From Thermodesulfovibrionia bacterium (GTDB lineage: Bacteria; Nitrospirota; Thermodesulfovibrionia; UBA6902), in the NCBI GenBank assembly GCA_945788685.1, contig CALZMZ010000009.1:1-50393 (forward strand): DNA of 50,393 bases, written 5' to 3'. A program made the translations under genes and the position numbers. Every line of letters begins with the position of its first letter. The first letter of the stretch is position 1. The notes under the pieces were generated by a model that ran no database searches, was not told where the DNA came from, and saw nothing but the letters and a program-made list of their open reading frames with translations. Of this stretch, positions 17,616 to 27,200 are shown piece after piece.

Positions 17616-19520
17616 ATGCTAACCAACCAATCATTAAACATCTTTATCCCTGCTGCAGGACGCGGTGAGCGACTGCGGCCGATTACTGATCATATTCCAA
17701 AACCTCTTATGCCGGTCCTTGGAAAACCGGTCCTGCAGCATGTGCTTGAAAGAGTATCAACATTATCATTTAATCTGATCGGCATCAATCTTCATTATAA
17801 AAGCAGGGAACTCTCTGAATGGATAGGCCGGTGTCCCTTTAATCATGAAATCGATCTGTTTCATGAAGATGAAGTGCTCGGGACCGGCGGGGCATTAAAA
17901 AATGCTGAGGGATTACTAAAGCAGGGGCCTTTCCTCGTGCACAATTCTGACGTGCTAAGTGATATTGATCTTGATAGCCTTGTTGAACACCACAGGAAAT
18001 CAGGAAATTTCATCACCCTTGCAGTGCATGACTTTACTAAATTTAACAGCCTGGTCCTTGATAAAAACGGCTGTCTGATTAAAGTGGACAGGAAATCTTC
18101 CGGAAAGCTGATGGCTTATACAGGCATTGCAGTATACGAGCCTGAGTTTTTGAAGTTTCTTCCTGCCGGCAGGTCAAGTGTAGTTGATTCATGGATGACA
18201 GCTATTTATGAGGGACATTGCATAGGGACCCTTGACATAAGCGGAAGCTGCTGGAGCGATATAGGTACTGCTGACTCTTATGCTGCTTCAGTATTCCATG
18301 CATTGCGGCGTGAAGGAGAAACGGTTTATATCCATCCTGCGGTGCAGGGATGCGAAGATATCGATTATAAGGGGAATGTAATCATTGAAGAAGGGTGTTC
18401 TTTTAGAGGTCCGGTTACACTTCAGAACTGTATTGTCCTTCCCGGTACCAGGGTAGGGGTAATTAATGTCGGAGTGGCCCTTCGCGGAGATCCGCTTCGG
18501 GAATCACCCCTGCATGCAAACTGCATTACAGGACCGGACTTTACCATACCTCTGAATGAAGCAGAATTCTATCAGCTGTCAGGACCGGATAAAAGACAGC
18601 TTATAGGAACAGGCGGGTCTGACAGGCAATATTTCAGGATTACAAATGACAGCAGTAGTGTTGTTCTTATGGAATGCAATGAAAATGATCCAGACTTTAT
18701 GCGTCATATAGAATATACAAAGTTCTTCAGGAGCAATAATATTCCTGTTCCAGAGCTCAAAAGCTCAGACCCGGACCAGATGCAGGCCGTGTTTGAAGAT
18801 GCAGGGGACATATCGCTCTACAGTTATCTTCAATGCAGTCGCACAAAACAGGAATTAGAAGATATTTATAAAAAAGTCCTTGATGTTGCAGCATCAATTC
18901 ACTGCTTAAAAAAGGACCAGGTCAAAGAATGTCCTTTACTTGAAAAGCGGGTGTTTGACCATGATTATTTCAGATGGGAAACAGGTTATTTCCTATTGGA
19001 ATTTATACAGGGTGTTAAGCATATTAAAGTTGAAAATGTTCAGGCCTTGGATAAAGAGCTTGATCTTATTGCCTGTCAGGCTGATGCAATCCCCAAAACA
19101 GTAATTCACAGGGATTTTCAGTCACAGAACATTATGATCATGAAAGACAGGGAATTGAGAGTAATCGATTTCCAGGGTGCAAGGATTGGACCGCCTGCTT
19201 ACGATATTGCATCAATATTATGGGATCCCTATTTTCGACTTGATGATGGTATGCGTGATAAACTCCTTGCATACTATATTACTGAAATGAAGGAAAGAGT
19301 TAATGATGGTTTTGATGCTCAAAAATTTACAGAAACATTAATATGTTGCCGGTTACAGAGACATATGCAGGCTTTGGGAGCATATGGATTTCTCTCAAGG
19401 GTAAAGGGGAAAAAATATTTTATGAAATTCATGCCAGAAGGAATAAGGCTGTTAAGGGATGATATTCGTTCTTCAGGTGATAACTATCATGTACTGGGCA
19501 GACTGGCAAATAGACTTTAG
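17616..19520 (+). CDS. Fused MurU-like nucleotidyltransferase and AmgK-like anomeric kinase
   Basis: N-terminal PAAGRGERLRPITDHIPKPL and GTGGAL. C-terminal GGSDRQYFR, HRDFQSQNIM, IDFQGAR.GP..YD.AS, LQRHMQALGAY. Adjacent to namZ. Confidence 0.88.
   Translation: MLTNQSLNIFIPAAGRGERLRPITDHIPKPLMPVLGKPVLQHVLERVSTLSFNLIGINLHYKSRELSEWIGRCPFNHEIDLFHEDEVLGTGGALKNAEGLLKQGPFLVHNSDVLSDIDLDSLVEHHRKSGNFITLAVHDFTKFNSLVLDKNGCLIKVDRKSSGKLMAYTGIAVYEPEFLKFLPAGRSSVVDSWMTAIYEGHCIGTLDISGSCWSDIGTADSYAASVFHALRREGETVYIHPAVQGCEDIDYKGNVIIEEGCSFRGPVTLQNCIVLPGTRVGVINVGVALRGDPLRESPLHANCITGPDFTIPLNEAEFYQLSGPDKRQLIGTGGSDRQYFRITNDSSSVVLMECNENDPDFMRHIEYTKFFRSNNIPVPELKSSDPDQMQAVFEDAGDISLYSYLQCSRTKQELEDIYKKVLDVAASIHCLKKDQVKECPLLEKRVFDHDYFRWETGYFLLEFIQGVKHIKVENVQALDKELDLIACQADAIPKTVIHRDFQSQNIMIMKDRELRVIDFQGARIGPPAYDIASILWDPYFRLDDGMRDKLLAYYITEMKERVNDGFDAQKFTETLICCRLQRHMQALGAYGFLSRVKGKKYFMKFMPEGIRLLRDDIRSSGDNYHVLGRLANRL
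18453..18513 (+). repeat. GTAG-family REP inside the CDS, interrupted by a 33-bp insertion
   Basis: GTAGGGGTAATTAAT[33 bp]GAATCACCCCTGC, encoding VGVINVGVALRGDPLRESPL. Confidence 0.7.
18468..18500 (+). mobile_element. 33-bp hairpin micro-insertion (in-frame)
   Basis: GTCGGAGTGGCCCTTCGCGGAGATCCGCTTCGG followed by GAATC. Confidence 0.65.
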
Positions 19521-19556
19521 TTGAAATTTGTAACTTGAAATTTTATCGGAAAGAAC

Positions 19557-19760
19557 TTATCTCTTCATATTGTCGATCGCTTCCGTGAACAGCCCATCCA
19601 GTTTTTTGCTTTCATCTGCAATCCGTCTGAGTATCTCTGCCAACCTGTGTTCTCCCATAGCTTCGGCCCTGTCAGCCCACTCATTGTAACTTTTCACATG
19701 GTCTTTATTATGATCTATCCAGTGAGTTATAAGATGATTTATTTTTTCAAGCTCATTCAT
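19557..19760 (-). CDS. Small His-rich helical protein, putative metal binding
   Basis: HWIDHNKDH motif, helical hairpin pattern. Confidence 0.75.
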   Translation of the reverse strand: MNELEKINHLITHWIDHNKDHVKSYNEWADRAEAMGEHRLAEILRRIADESKKLDGLFTEAIDNMKR

Positions 19761-19862
19761 AATCTCTTGTAATATCTTTAATTAGAAGTAATTATATCAA
19801 ATAAACCAGAAGGTTTTTGCATTTTTTTGATACGAGCTGCTTTTCCTGAATGAGCAGCGGAA

Positions 19863-20663
19863 TTAAAATTCCAGGTAGTTATTGTCCTGTTTAATTTTGA
19901 TACGTCCGGCTGGTATGCGGGGAGTGACAGGTTTTTTATTTTTTATGACGAGTGCTGCGTCAGGAGGCTTGATATCAAATTTGCTTTCTGACAATGTTCC
20001 GGAAATGAAAAAATCATGTTTGAACTGGTTTACTAATCTGTCAAGAGAAAAAATAGCAGTTTCACCGGCTGTTTGAACAAACAGACGTGAAAAATCAGTC
20101 ACACCGTTGTATGCGTCCTGTGCTCTCCAGAAGGTCACACCATTCCGCTTATTAATAAGAACTCTCATATTACTTTTCTGCAGATAGAACATCCCGATTG
20201 GACTGCTGCCTGATTCGGAAGATGAGAATCCGGAGCCTTTACTTATAGAGGTTTCTCCTGTGTACCATTTATTACCATATACAACATTGTTTTTATATCC
20301 GGGCGATGAACCAGTAATCCCTCTCTTTGCGGTGCTGATGAAAGTTATGTCAATCGTACCGGTAATTGGTTCCTGTCCGGATACAGGAAGATACTTGCCA
20401 AATTTTTTTGTTGCTGCCTCATAAATTATTTTATCAAGCGACACGTTTCCGCTTCTTACCCTTACCTGATAACTGTTGTTATGAGTAACATCTGAATATG
20501 AAACAGGCTGTGTATTGGTCTTTATCGAAGAACAGGCGGTGAGAAAACTGAAGATGATTACAATGAGCAAAAACAGATTGAATGTTGAAACCGTGAAATG
20601 TTTACTGGCCATTGTTTTCATGTCGCCGGACATATTTCTCCTTTTATTTGCTTTTCGGCACAA
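19863..20663 (-). CDS. Hypothetical lipoprotein (true start likely a downstream Met)
   Basis: Hydrophobic stretch followed by lipobox LTAC. Confidence 0.7.
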   Translation of the reverse strand: MCRKANKRRNMSGDMKTMASKHFTVSTFNLFLLIVIIFSFLTACSSIKTNTQPVSYSDVTHNNSYQVRVRSGNVSLDKIIYEAATKKFGKYLPVSGQEPITGTIDITFISTAKRGITGSSPGYKNNVVYGNKWYTGETSISKGSGFSSSESGSSPIGMFYLQKSNMRVLINKRNGVTFWRAQDAYNGVTDFSRLFVQTAGETAIFSLDRLVNQFKHDFFISGTLSESKFDIKPPDAALVIKNKKPVTPRIPAGRIKIKQDNNYLEF

Positions 20664-20708
20664 GACGGGAAAAAATTAAATGTTATTGAACGTAACCCAT
20701 GGAGATTT

Positions 20709-20888
20709 AATGAAAAGCATTCCTCGAAGCTCTGCTTCGGGGTTAATCACATATTCCTTTGTCATTCCCGTGGTCAGTTGAGCGGGAATCCAGAGTCTTT
20801 TCGCAGGGGGCTAGATTCCGGCTAAAGGACTGCCGGAATGACATACTTATGTTTGATACCTCGCAGTTCTGCTACGCAGGTGTTCATT
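20709..20888. repeat. Composite repeat: AATGAA/TTCATT-bounded hairpin pair enclosing a GTCATTCC element (20760-20843)
   Basis: Left hairpin CCTCGAAGC-TCT-GCTTCGGGG, inner TGTCATTCCCG...CCGGAATGACA, right GATACCTCGCAGTTCTGCTACGCAGGTGTTCATT. Confidence 0.8.
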
Positions 20889-20928
20889 TAAATAAGATTT
20901 GACAGAAGGAAGGGTAATAACAGTCAGG

Positions 20929-21282
20929 TTACTTCATTTTTTTTATGATACTGCTGCCGCTTAAATTACTTATCCACTCTTTATACTCTGATTCAGGATT
21001 GATTATTTTCAATCCCAGGGTAAGTTCATTATCTCCTGCAGGCGACCTTGAAAACCAGACTATTTCACATTCAAGTTTGATATTCTCATCAGTTGACGTC
21101 GGGAATTTAACCTCAATCTTTTTCCTGGGAACAAAATCTGAGGAGTCCTTGATAGACGATTTAATTAAATAACCTACTCCCCCTTCAGATACATTTTCTA
21201 TGGACCCTTTAAATGTTTTGCCACCAGAGATAATCTCGGCCTCCAGATTAACCTGTGTTCTTTTATAAAATCTATTATTCAT
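20929..21282 (-). CDS. PilZ domain protein
   Basis: RFYKR (RxxxR) and NVSEGG (D/NxSxxG). Confidence 0.9.
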   Translation of the reverse strand: MNNRFYKRTQVNLEAEIISGGKTFKGSIENVSEGGVGYLIKSSIKDSSDFVPRKKIEVKFPTSTDENIKLECEIVWFSRSPAGDNELTLGLKIINPESEYKEWISNLSGSSIIKKMK

Positions 21283-21390
21283 GCAGGCGATATCATAACA
21301 TTTTTTTGATAATAATAATTTGTAACTATTTGTGATGACAAGAATATTGTGAGTTAATTAAAGCAGGAGATGTACCGGGATTAATAATAA

Positions 21391-21426
21391 AAAAGGAAAA
21401 CAGGGGGAACAGTTGTTCCCCCTGTT
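21391..21426 (-). terminator. Rho-independent terminator of hcp
   Basis: 13-bp arms AACAGGGGGAACA/TGTTCCCCCTGTT followed by a T-rich tract on the minus strand. Confidence 0.8.
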
Positions 21427-21437
21427 CTCATGACGAA

Positions 21438-23081
21438 CTAAGCGTCAACAGCTTCTTTATTCAGAATTGCTGCAATGTCCTCGTCAGGTGTGGTGATCGG
21501 TTTGATATTATATTTTTCAACAAGGAAATTGAGCACATTGGGAGTTATAAACGAGGGCAGTGTAGGCCCAAGCCTTATGTCTTTGATCCCTAAATGCAAC
21601 AATGAAAGCAGAATTGCCACGGCCTTCTGTTCATACCATGACAGAACCATGGACAGGGGCAGATCATTTACGCCCACTCCAAATGCCTTTGAAAGTGCTA
21701 CAGCAATCTGGACAGCTGAATATGCATCGTTGCACTGACCGATGTCCAGAAGTCGAGGGATTCCACCAATGTCTCCGAGGTCTTTATCAAAGAACCTGAA
21801 CTTGCCGCATGCCAGTGTGAGGACGACGCTGTCCTGAGGTACTTTTTCAACAAACTCAGTGTAATAATTTCTGCCCGGCTTGGCCCCGTCACACCCTGCA
21901 ACCAGGAAGAAGTGCTTTATCGCTCCGCTTTTTACGCCTTCAATTACTGTATCCGCTACTCCCATGACAGCGTTTCTACCAAAACCAGTCATAATGTTCT
22001 TGCCCGGTTTGTCTTCCATGAAACCCGGAAGCTCAAGGGCCCTCTTGATTGCAGGTTCGTAATTCTGTCCCTGGATATGTGCTATTCCCGGCCAACCAAC
22101 GAGCCCGCATGTAAATATGTTGTCTTTATATGAGTCATGTGGTTTCTGGATACAATTTGTCGTCATGACGATTGAGCCGGGGAACTCTGCAAATTCCTTT
22201 GCCTGGTTTTGCCAGGCTGTCCCGTAATGACCATAGAAATGTGGATACTTCTTTAATTGTGGATAGCCGTGCGTCGGGAGCATTTCGCCGTGAGTATAGA
22301 CATATATCCCTTTGTCCGCTGTCTGTTTGAGTATCTGTTCCATGTCATAGAGATCATGTCCTGAAACAAGCAGCGCTTTCCCCTTTTTGACTCCAAGGGG
22401 AACCTCTGTCGGAACAGGGTGTCCGTATGTTTCCGTATGAGCGGCGTCAAGGATTTCCATAACTTTGAGATTAATTTCACCGCACTTGAGGGTCATTGCT
22501 ATCCAGTCTTCGAGTGAGAGGTCTGTTCTGAGCATTGTACTTAGTGCTTCATGCGTATAATTGTAAACAGCTTCATCTTTATATCCAAGAATCTGGGCAT
22601 GGTATGCATATGCTGCAATCCCCTTAAGACCATAAAGCGTCGTCAGCTTCAGAGACTTTATATCTTCATTTACCTCTTCAGGATAATTTGACAGTTCCTC
22701 ACTCTGTCTGATTAAACCGTCAATTGATTCCTCAGGAGTAAAGGCAGCCGGTGCCTCTGAAAAATCAGCAATGCCGCCAGCTGCTTTTAGTTTGCTCTTG
22801 AGATCTTCCCTCCTTTTTACGCACTCGTTTATAAGGTCTACAAATCTTTCAGGATCAAAGTCCACATTTGTCAGGGTCGAAAAAAGGGCGCTTACTGAGA
22901 ATTTATCAATCTCTTCATCAACGACTTTCATTTTTCCGGCCTCTACAGCAACCAGCGAAAGTCCCTTCAGTGCATAGACCAGAAGATCCTGTAATGCAGC
23001 AACATCTGACTTCTTGCCGCATGTGCCGATTGTTGAACAACTTCCTCCTTTTGCTACCTGTTCACATTGATTGCAAAACAT
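21438..23081 (-). CDS. hcp: Hybrid cluster protein (hydroxylamine/NO reductase)
   Basis: MFCNQCEQ...CGK, THGEMLP, GCDG, GQCNDAYS, SWYEQKA. Confidence 0.97.
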   Translation of the reverse strand: MFCNQCEQVAKGGSCSTIGTCGKKSDVAALQDLLVYALKGLSLVAVEAGKMKVVDEEIDKFSVSALFSTLTNVDFDPERFVDLINECVKRREDLKSKLKAAGGIADFSEAPAAFTPEESIDGLIRQSEELSNYPEEVNEDIKSLKLTTLYGLKGIAAYAYHAQILGYKDEAVYNYTHEALSTMLRTDLSLEDWIAMTLKCGEINLKVMEILDAAHTETYGHPVPTEVPLGVKKGKALLVSGHDLYDMEQILKQTADKGIYVYTHGEMLPTHGYPQLKKYPHFYGHYGTAWQNQAKEFAEFPGSIVMTTNCIQKPHDSYKDNIFTCGLVGWPGIAHIQGQNYEPAIKRALELPGFMEDKPGKNIMTGFGRNAVMGVADTVIEGVKSGAIKHFFLVAGCDGAKPGRNYYTEFVEKVPQDSVVLTLACGKFRFFDKDLGDIGGIPRLLDIGQCNDAYSAVQIAVALSKAFGVGVNDLPLSMVLSWYEQKAVAILLSLLHLGIKDIRLGPTLPSFITPNVLNFLVEKYNIKPITTPDEDIAAILNKEAVDA

Positions 23082-23141
23082 GATATGCCTCCTTGGTTAT
23101 TATACGATTACCCTTATGTAATCCTTGTATCATCATTTGCT

Positions 23142-23184
23142 ATCTTAATCAAGTCCTGTGAACATATCCTTGACTTATGTCAAG
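23142..23184 (-). promoter_or_regulatory. HcpR/Fnr-type operator and -10 of hcp
   Basis: CTTGAC-TTAT-GTCAAG at 23169-23184. A minus-strand -10 TAAGAT at 23147-23142 places the site at -41.5. Confidence 0.85.
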
Positions 23185-23216
23185 AAATAAGAAAAAGAGT
23201 CTTTTGACAGAAATAT

Positions 23217-23933
23217 ATGATTCATGTTATTAAAATCGTTATGACCGGCCACACAAATGATAATCTGCTTTTAATGTCCAAAATGCCTATTTTCCAGAAC
23301 CTTACCGAGAAGACCCTGAAGATGCTTGAGGGAATTCTTGTAAAAAAAACCTTTGCCAGGGGTGAAAATATTTTCTCTGATGGAGATGAATCTACAGGCT
23401 TTTACATTTTAATCAAGGGCAGGGTAAAGGTCTTTAAACTCTCTATGGACGGTAAAGAGCAGATCCTTCACATTGTTGAGGCAAAAGAGCTCCTTGGAGC
23501 GGTATCCGCCTTTGCCGGAAATCCATTTCTTGCTAATGCTGATGCAATAGAAAAAACAGAAGCCTTTTTTTTCCCCAGAAATGAATTTGTAAGTTTAATT
23601 AAGCATGAACCTTCTGTTGTGATGAACATCATGGCAAACCTGTCCATGAGGCTCCAGCATTTCACAAAAATGATAGAGAACCTGTCTCTTAAAGAAGTAC
23701 CGGGAAGGCTGGGGGCCTATCTGCTGTATTTATGCAAGAAGACAGGTTGCAGCGATACCGTTGAAATGGACATATCAAAGGGTCAGCTCGCAAGTTTTTT
23801 AGGAACATCACCTGAAACTCTTTCAAGAATTCTGAAGAAAATGAGCGAGAATAAAATACTTGAGGTTAAAGGGCGTAACATTAGAATATTAAAAAGAAAA
23901 GAACTTAAGAATATCGTCGACGGTGAAAAATAA
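23217..23933 (+). CDS. hcpR: Crp/Fnr family regulator, HcpR-like (start may be 23241 or later)
   Basis: cNMP-binding fold, HTH recognition helix GTSPETLSR, divergent from hcp. Confidence 0.85.
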   Translation: MIHVIKIVMTGHTNDNLLLMSKMPIFQNLTEKTLKMLEGILVKKTFARGENIFSDGDESTGFYILIKGRVKVFKLSMDGKEQILHIVEAKELLGAVSAFAGNPFLANADAIEKTEAFFFPRNEFVSLIKHEPSVVMNIMANLSMRLQHFTKMIENLSLKEVPGRLGAYLLYLCKKTGCSDTVEMDISKGQLASFLGTSPETLSRILKKMSENKILEVKGRNIRILKRKELKNIVDGEK

Positions 23934-24155
23934 AGTCTAATGAGCATTGCATCTGTCATTATCCTTCATATCCCGGGATAACATCTATTTCCAGCATTCA
24001 TCCGGTTTCTGCATCATAAGCTGACCTCTATCAGAGAATTCCCTATATTATTTCCATAATAAATAATTTATATTATTGTAAGTAAATGGTTCCCTGTGAT
24101 ATATTTTTTATTGAGGGTTTTGTCGATGCGTTAACCGTTGAAAGGGAGACATGGA

Positions 24156-25502
24156 ATGAAAGAATTTCAAAGCGAATCGTCAGCAGAGGATGCCATCCAG
24201 GAGCAAAATCATTACGCGAAACATCTTGCTGAAGTAAACAAGGAAATCGATGTAATATCAAAAGATGATATACATAATGATAGCGGACATCTGCTTGTTC
24301 CAAAGCAAACGCGTATTGATAATGCCATTGCTGAGAAAATATTAAAACACAGGTTGTTGGCCCCACTTGAAAAACAGGTCGAACTTGAAGATACGATAAA
24401 TGCCAACAGTCTGAGGCAGAACATCACGTCATTAATTCAGAAACACAGTGATCTCGGGCAAATCAACTCTGTACATTCTTATGAAAAAATTATTCACATG
24501 GTAATTGATGAAGACCTGATTCATCCAATCCTTCTCCAGGAATTAACTGTGATGCAGCAGAGACTGCCTGATGAATACGAAAGGTCGTTGTTCTGTGCCT
24601 GGCTTTCAACTATTTTAGCCAAGGAAATGGAGATGCCTTTTCAGATGATCAGGGTAGCATTTGTTGCAGGACTGGTGCATGACGTAGGTCTTCTACATAT
24701 TTCGCCGTCAGTGATCGAAAAGCAGGGAGAGCTTACACCCGGCGAATGGAGGATGATGAAGAGCCATGTAATAATCGGTCACTTTCTGCTTAAGGAACTG
24801 GATGGCGCTGCCTTTCAGGCGGCGAGGGCTGTTATGGAACATCATGAATGCTGCGACGGGAGCGGATATCCCACGGGCAAGACCGACAGGCAGCTTGACG
24901 TTATGGGTCAGGTAGTTGCTATGGCTGACAGTTTACAGTCTATACGACTAAGACAGTTTTCAAAATGCGGTCGCAACCTGAGAGACACCATGCCATATTT
25001 GAACATGAATGCCAAAAGTCATTTTCCTGATGTTTATAAAGCAGTGTGCTCAATACTTCATATATCCGATCTGAAACCGTCTGGTGTAAATCCTCATGGC
25101 GACTTAAAAACACTCGTCTCTCAACTTTTACAGAGGGGAATGCAATTACAGAAAGCATCCCTGTCGCTTAAACAGGTACCTGAAATTAGTAAATCGATTG
25201 AGGAAGGAAATAAAAAGGAAAAGATGCTGAAGATTATCAGGCCGGTTGTTTCAATGATAGTATCTTCCGGTCTTGTAAATGATGATATCCTGAGCTGGCT
25301 TGAGTCACTGCAGGATAATACCGCAGACCCGGATTTGACACATCTAACAGAATTGGAACTTATGCAGAATGAACTCTACTGGCAGTTACATAAGGCCCAC
25401 AGGGCACTCAGTGATTATCTTGACGAGGAAGGATTAATAATCCAACATCGTGGCGCTGCATCAATCATGTTGCGATCGTTATCTGATCATAGAACCGGGT
25501 AA
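24156..25502 (+). CDS. HD-GYP domain protein
   Basis: LVHDVG and HHECCDGSGYP. ATG at 24156 follows AAAGGGAG (the ORF track starts at 24138). Confidence 0.85.
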   Translation: MKEFQSESSAEDAIQEQNHYAKHLAEVNKEIDVISKDDIHNDSGHLLVPKQTRIDNAIAEKILKHRLLAPLEKQVELEDTINANSLRQNITSLIQKHSDLGQINSVHSYEKIIHMVIDEDLIHPILLQELTVMQQRLPDEYERSLFCAWLSTILAKEMEMPFQMIRVAFVAGLVHDVGLLHISPSVIEKQGELTPGEWRMMKSHVIIGHFLLKELDGAAFQAARAVMEHHECCDGSGYPTGKTDRQLDVMGQVVAMADSLQSIRLRQFSKCGRNLRDTMPYLNMNAKSHFPDVYKAVCSILHISDLKPSGVNPHGDLKTLVSQLLQRGMQLQKASLSLKQVPEISKSIEEGNKKEKMLKIIRPVVSMIVSSGLVNDDILSWLESLQDNTADPDLTHLTELELMQNELYWQLHKAHRALSDYLDEEGLIIQHRGAASIMLRSLSDHRTG

Positions 25503-26406
25503 CTTTATTCTTATCTTCAGAATCCATATGGGCCATCGCTGCCCGGGGATGCTGGTTCATTGTACCTGTGATCATGTAAGGTATGTAATATCCCCAGTCA
25601 ATTTTATCAGCCCATGGAAGTATCTCATCCTCTATTGCTTCGACAAGAGGACGCACTTTGAACTTTGGATTTTTCAGGAATGATATCAGCAGTTCCAGGG
25701 GACAATTGCCTGCACCGCGACCAATGCCATATAAACTTCCGTCAAGATAATTAATACCTGAGATAATGGCTGATATTGTATTTGCGAATGCAAGCTGCTG
25801 ATTATTATGACAGTGAATACCGATTTCCTTGCCTGGCAGGCGTTCCATATATTTTTTTGCGAGTGTCTCTATGTCCTCAGAGTAAAATGAGCCGAAACTG
25901 TCAACCAGATAGATAATAGGAACTTTACATTTTGAGAGGTCATCAAGCGCTTCATTTAATTCACGGAGACCGACTGTGGACACTGCCATAACATTTATGG
26001 TCGTCTCATAACCCTTGTCAATACAGTGATGTGCAAGGTCAATTGCAGCATCAACCTGGTGTGCATAACAGGCAACCCTGATCAGGTCAAGGGAGCTGTC
26101 GGATTTAAGAGGTATATCATCGTAATCGATCCTGCCTATATCTGCCATTGCAGAGAGTTTAATCTTTTTCTCTTTATCACCTGTTATGCGCTTTATGTCT
26201 TCCTCAGCACAGAATTTCCATGGACCGACTTCATCCCTTGAAAAGGCTGACTCTGAACTCAGGTATCCGATTTCCATATAATCAACGCCGGCCTCTGTCA
26301 GTGCGTTATATACTTTGCATACAAAAGCGTCGTCAAACTGCCACTTGTTCATTAAACCCCCGTCCCTGACAGAACAGTCAATAACTTTAATTTCCGGTCT
26401 ATACAT
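25465..26406 (-). CDS. DRE-TIM metallolyase, 4-hydroxy-2-oxovalerate aldolase-like
   Basis: DCSVRDGG, IHCHNN, GRGAGN. Confidence 0.8.
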   Translation of the reverse strand: MYRPEIKVIDCSVRDGGLMNKWQFDDAFVCKVYNALTEAGVDYMEIGYLSSESAFSRDEVGPWKFCAEEDIKRITGDKEKKIKLSAMADIGRIDYDDIPLKSDSSLDLIRVACYAHQVDAAIDLAHHCIDKGYETTINVMAVSTVGLRELNEALDDLSKCKVPIIYLVDSFGSFYSEDIETLAKKYMERLPGKEIGIHCHNNQQLAFANTISAIISGINYLDGSLYGIGRGAGNCPLELLISFLKNPKFKVRPLVEAIEDEILPWADKIDWGYYIPYMITGTMNQHPRAAMAHMDSEDKNKVTRFYDQITIAT

Positions 26407-26475
26407 TTTTTAACTCTCCTTAAAATATATGTACTGGGTTTAGATTGAAGTGGATATTATAAATTATTTATCCCA

Positions 26476-27084
26476 CTATGGGCAAAGGCGGATGAAATTT
26501 TTTACATTGCAAGCTATTTTATTTATATCACGGTCTTTCAATGCTTTCTTTCCGAACAATGTTGTGCTTGCTCCCACAGCACTGGCTCCTGCATCGAAAT
26601 AGTCAGTAATATTGTCCAAATCTACTCCACCGACCGCAACCAGAGCGACCTGTTCAAAGGGCCCACGCAGTTCTTTTATGTAGCCAGGACCAAAGGGTCT
26701 GCAGGGAAAGATCTTTACCATATCCGCACCTGCAGCCCATGCATTGTATACTTCTGTCGGGGTAAGCGCTCCGGCAACAATCGGGACAGAGTGTGTTTTT
26801 GCATATTCGATCACATCAGTGTCTGTATGTGGAGTCACCAGAAACATTGCTCCGGCATCTACAGCTTTCTTTGCTTCTTCAAGATTCCTTATAGTCCCCA
26901 TGCCCAACATTTTTCCTTCAGGAACGGTTGGTATATTTGATGAGACGATTTTCAATGCGTCATCAGTATTCATTGTGAGCTCGATGGCTTGCAGTCCTGA
27001 AGTAAATGAGGTGTCCATCACGCTTTTAAATAAAGCTGAATCAACACCCCGTAAAATTCCTATGACAGGTATTTTTAAATTCAT
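26476..27084 (-). CDS. eda: KDPG/KHG aldolase
   Basis: ILRG, IELT, GMGT, GALTPTE, VKIFP, VGGV. Confidence 0.88.
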   Translation of the reverse strand: MNLKIPVIGILRGVDSALFKSVMDTSFTSGLQAIELTMNTDDALKIVSSNIPTVPEGKMLGMGTIRNLEEAKKAVDAGAMFLVTPHTDTDVIEYAKTHSVPIVAGALTPTEVYNAWAAGADMVKIFPCRPFGPGYIKELRGPFEQVALVAVGGVDLDNITDYFDAGASAVGASTTLFGKKALKDRDINKIACNVKNFIRLCP

Positions 27085-27200
27085 GTTTTACAATAAGGGA
27101 CAATTCCCTCAGGAAGAGTCCCCGGGTCTAGTGATTAGATTATTAATAGAATACATCAAAGGAGGTTCTAAATACAGCACTGCCTAATAGAGGATATACA

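Noticed and set aside
25465-25502. 38-bp convergent overlap of the HD-GYP and aldolase genes
   Set aside because: It is an ordinary tail-to-tail overlap, probably from stop-codon drift.
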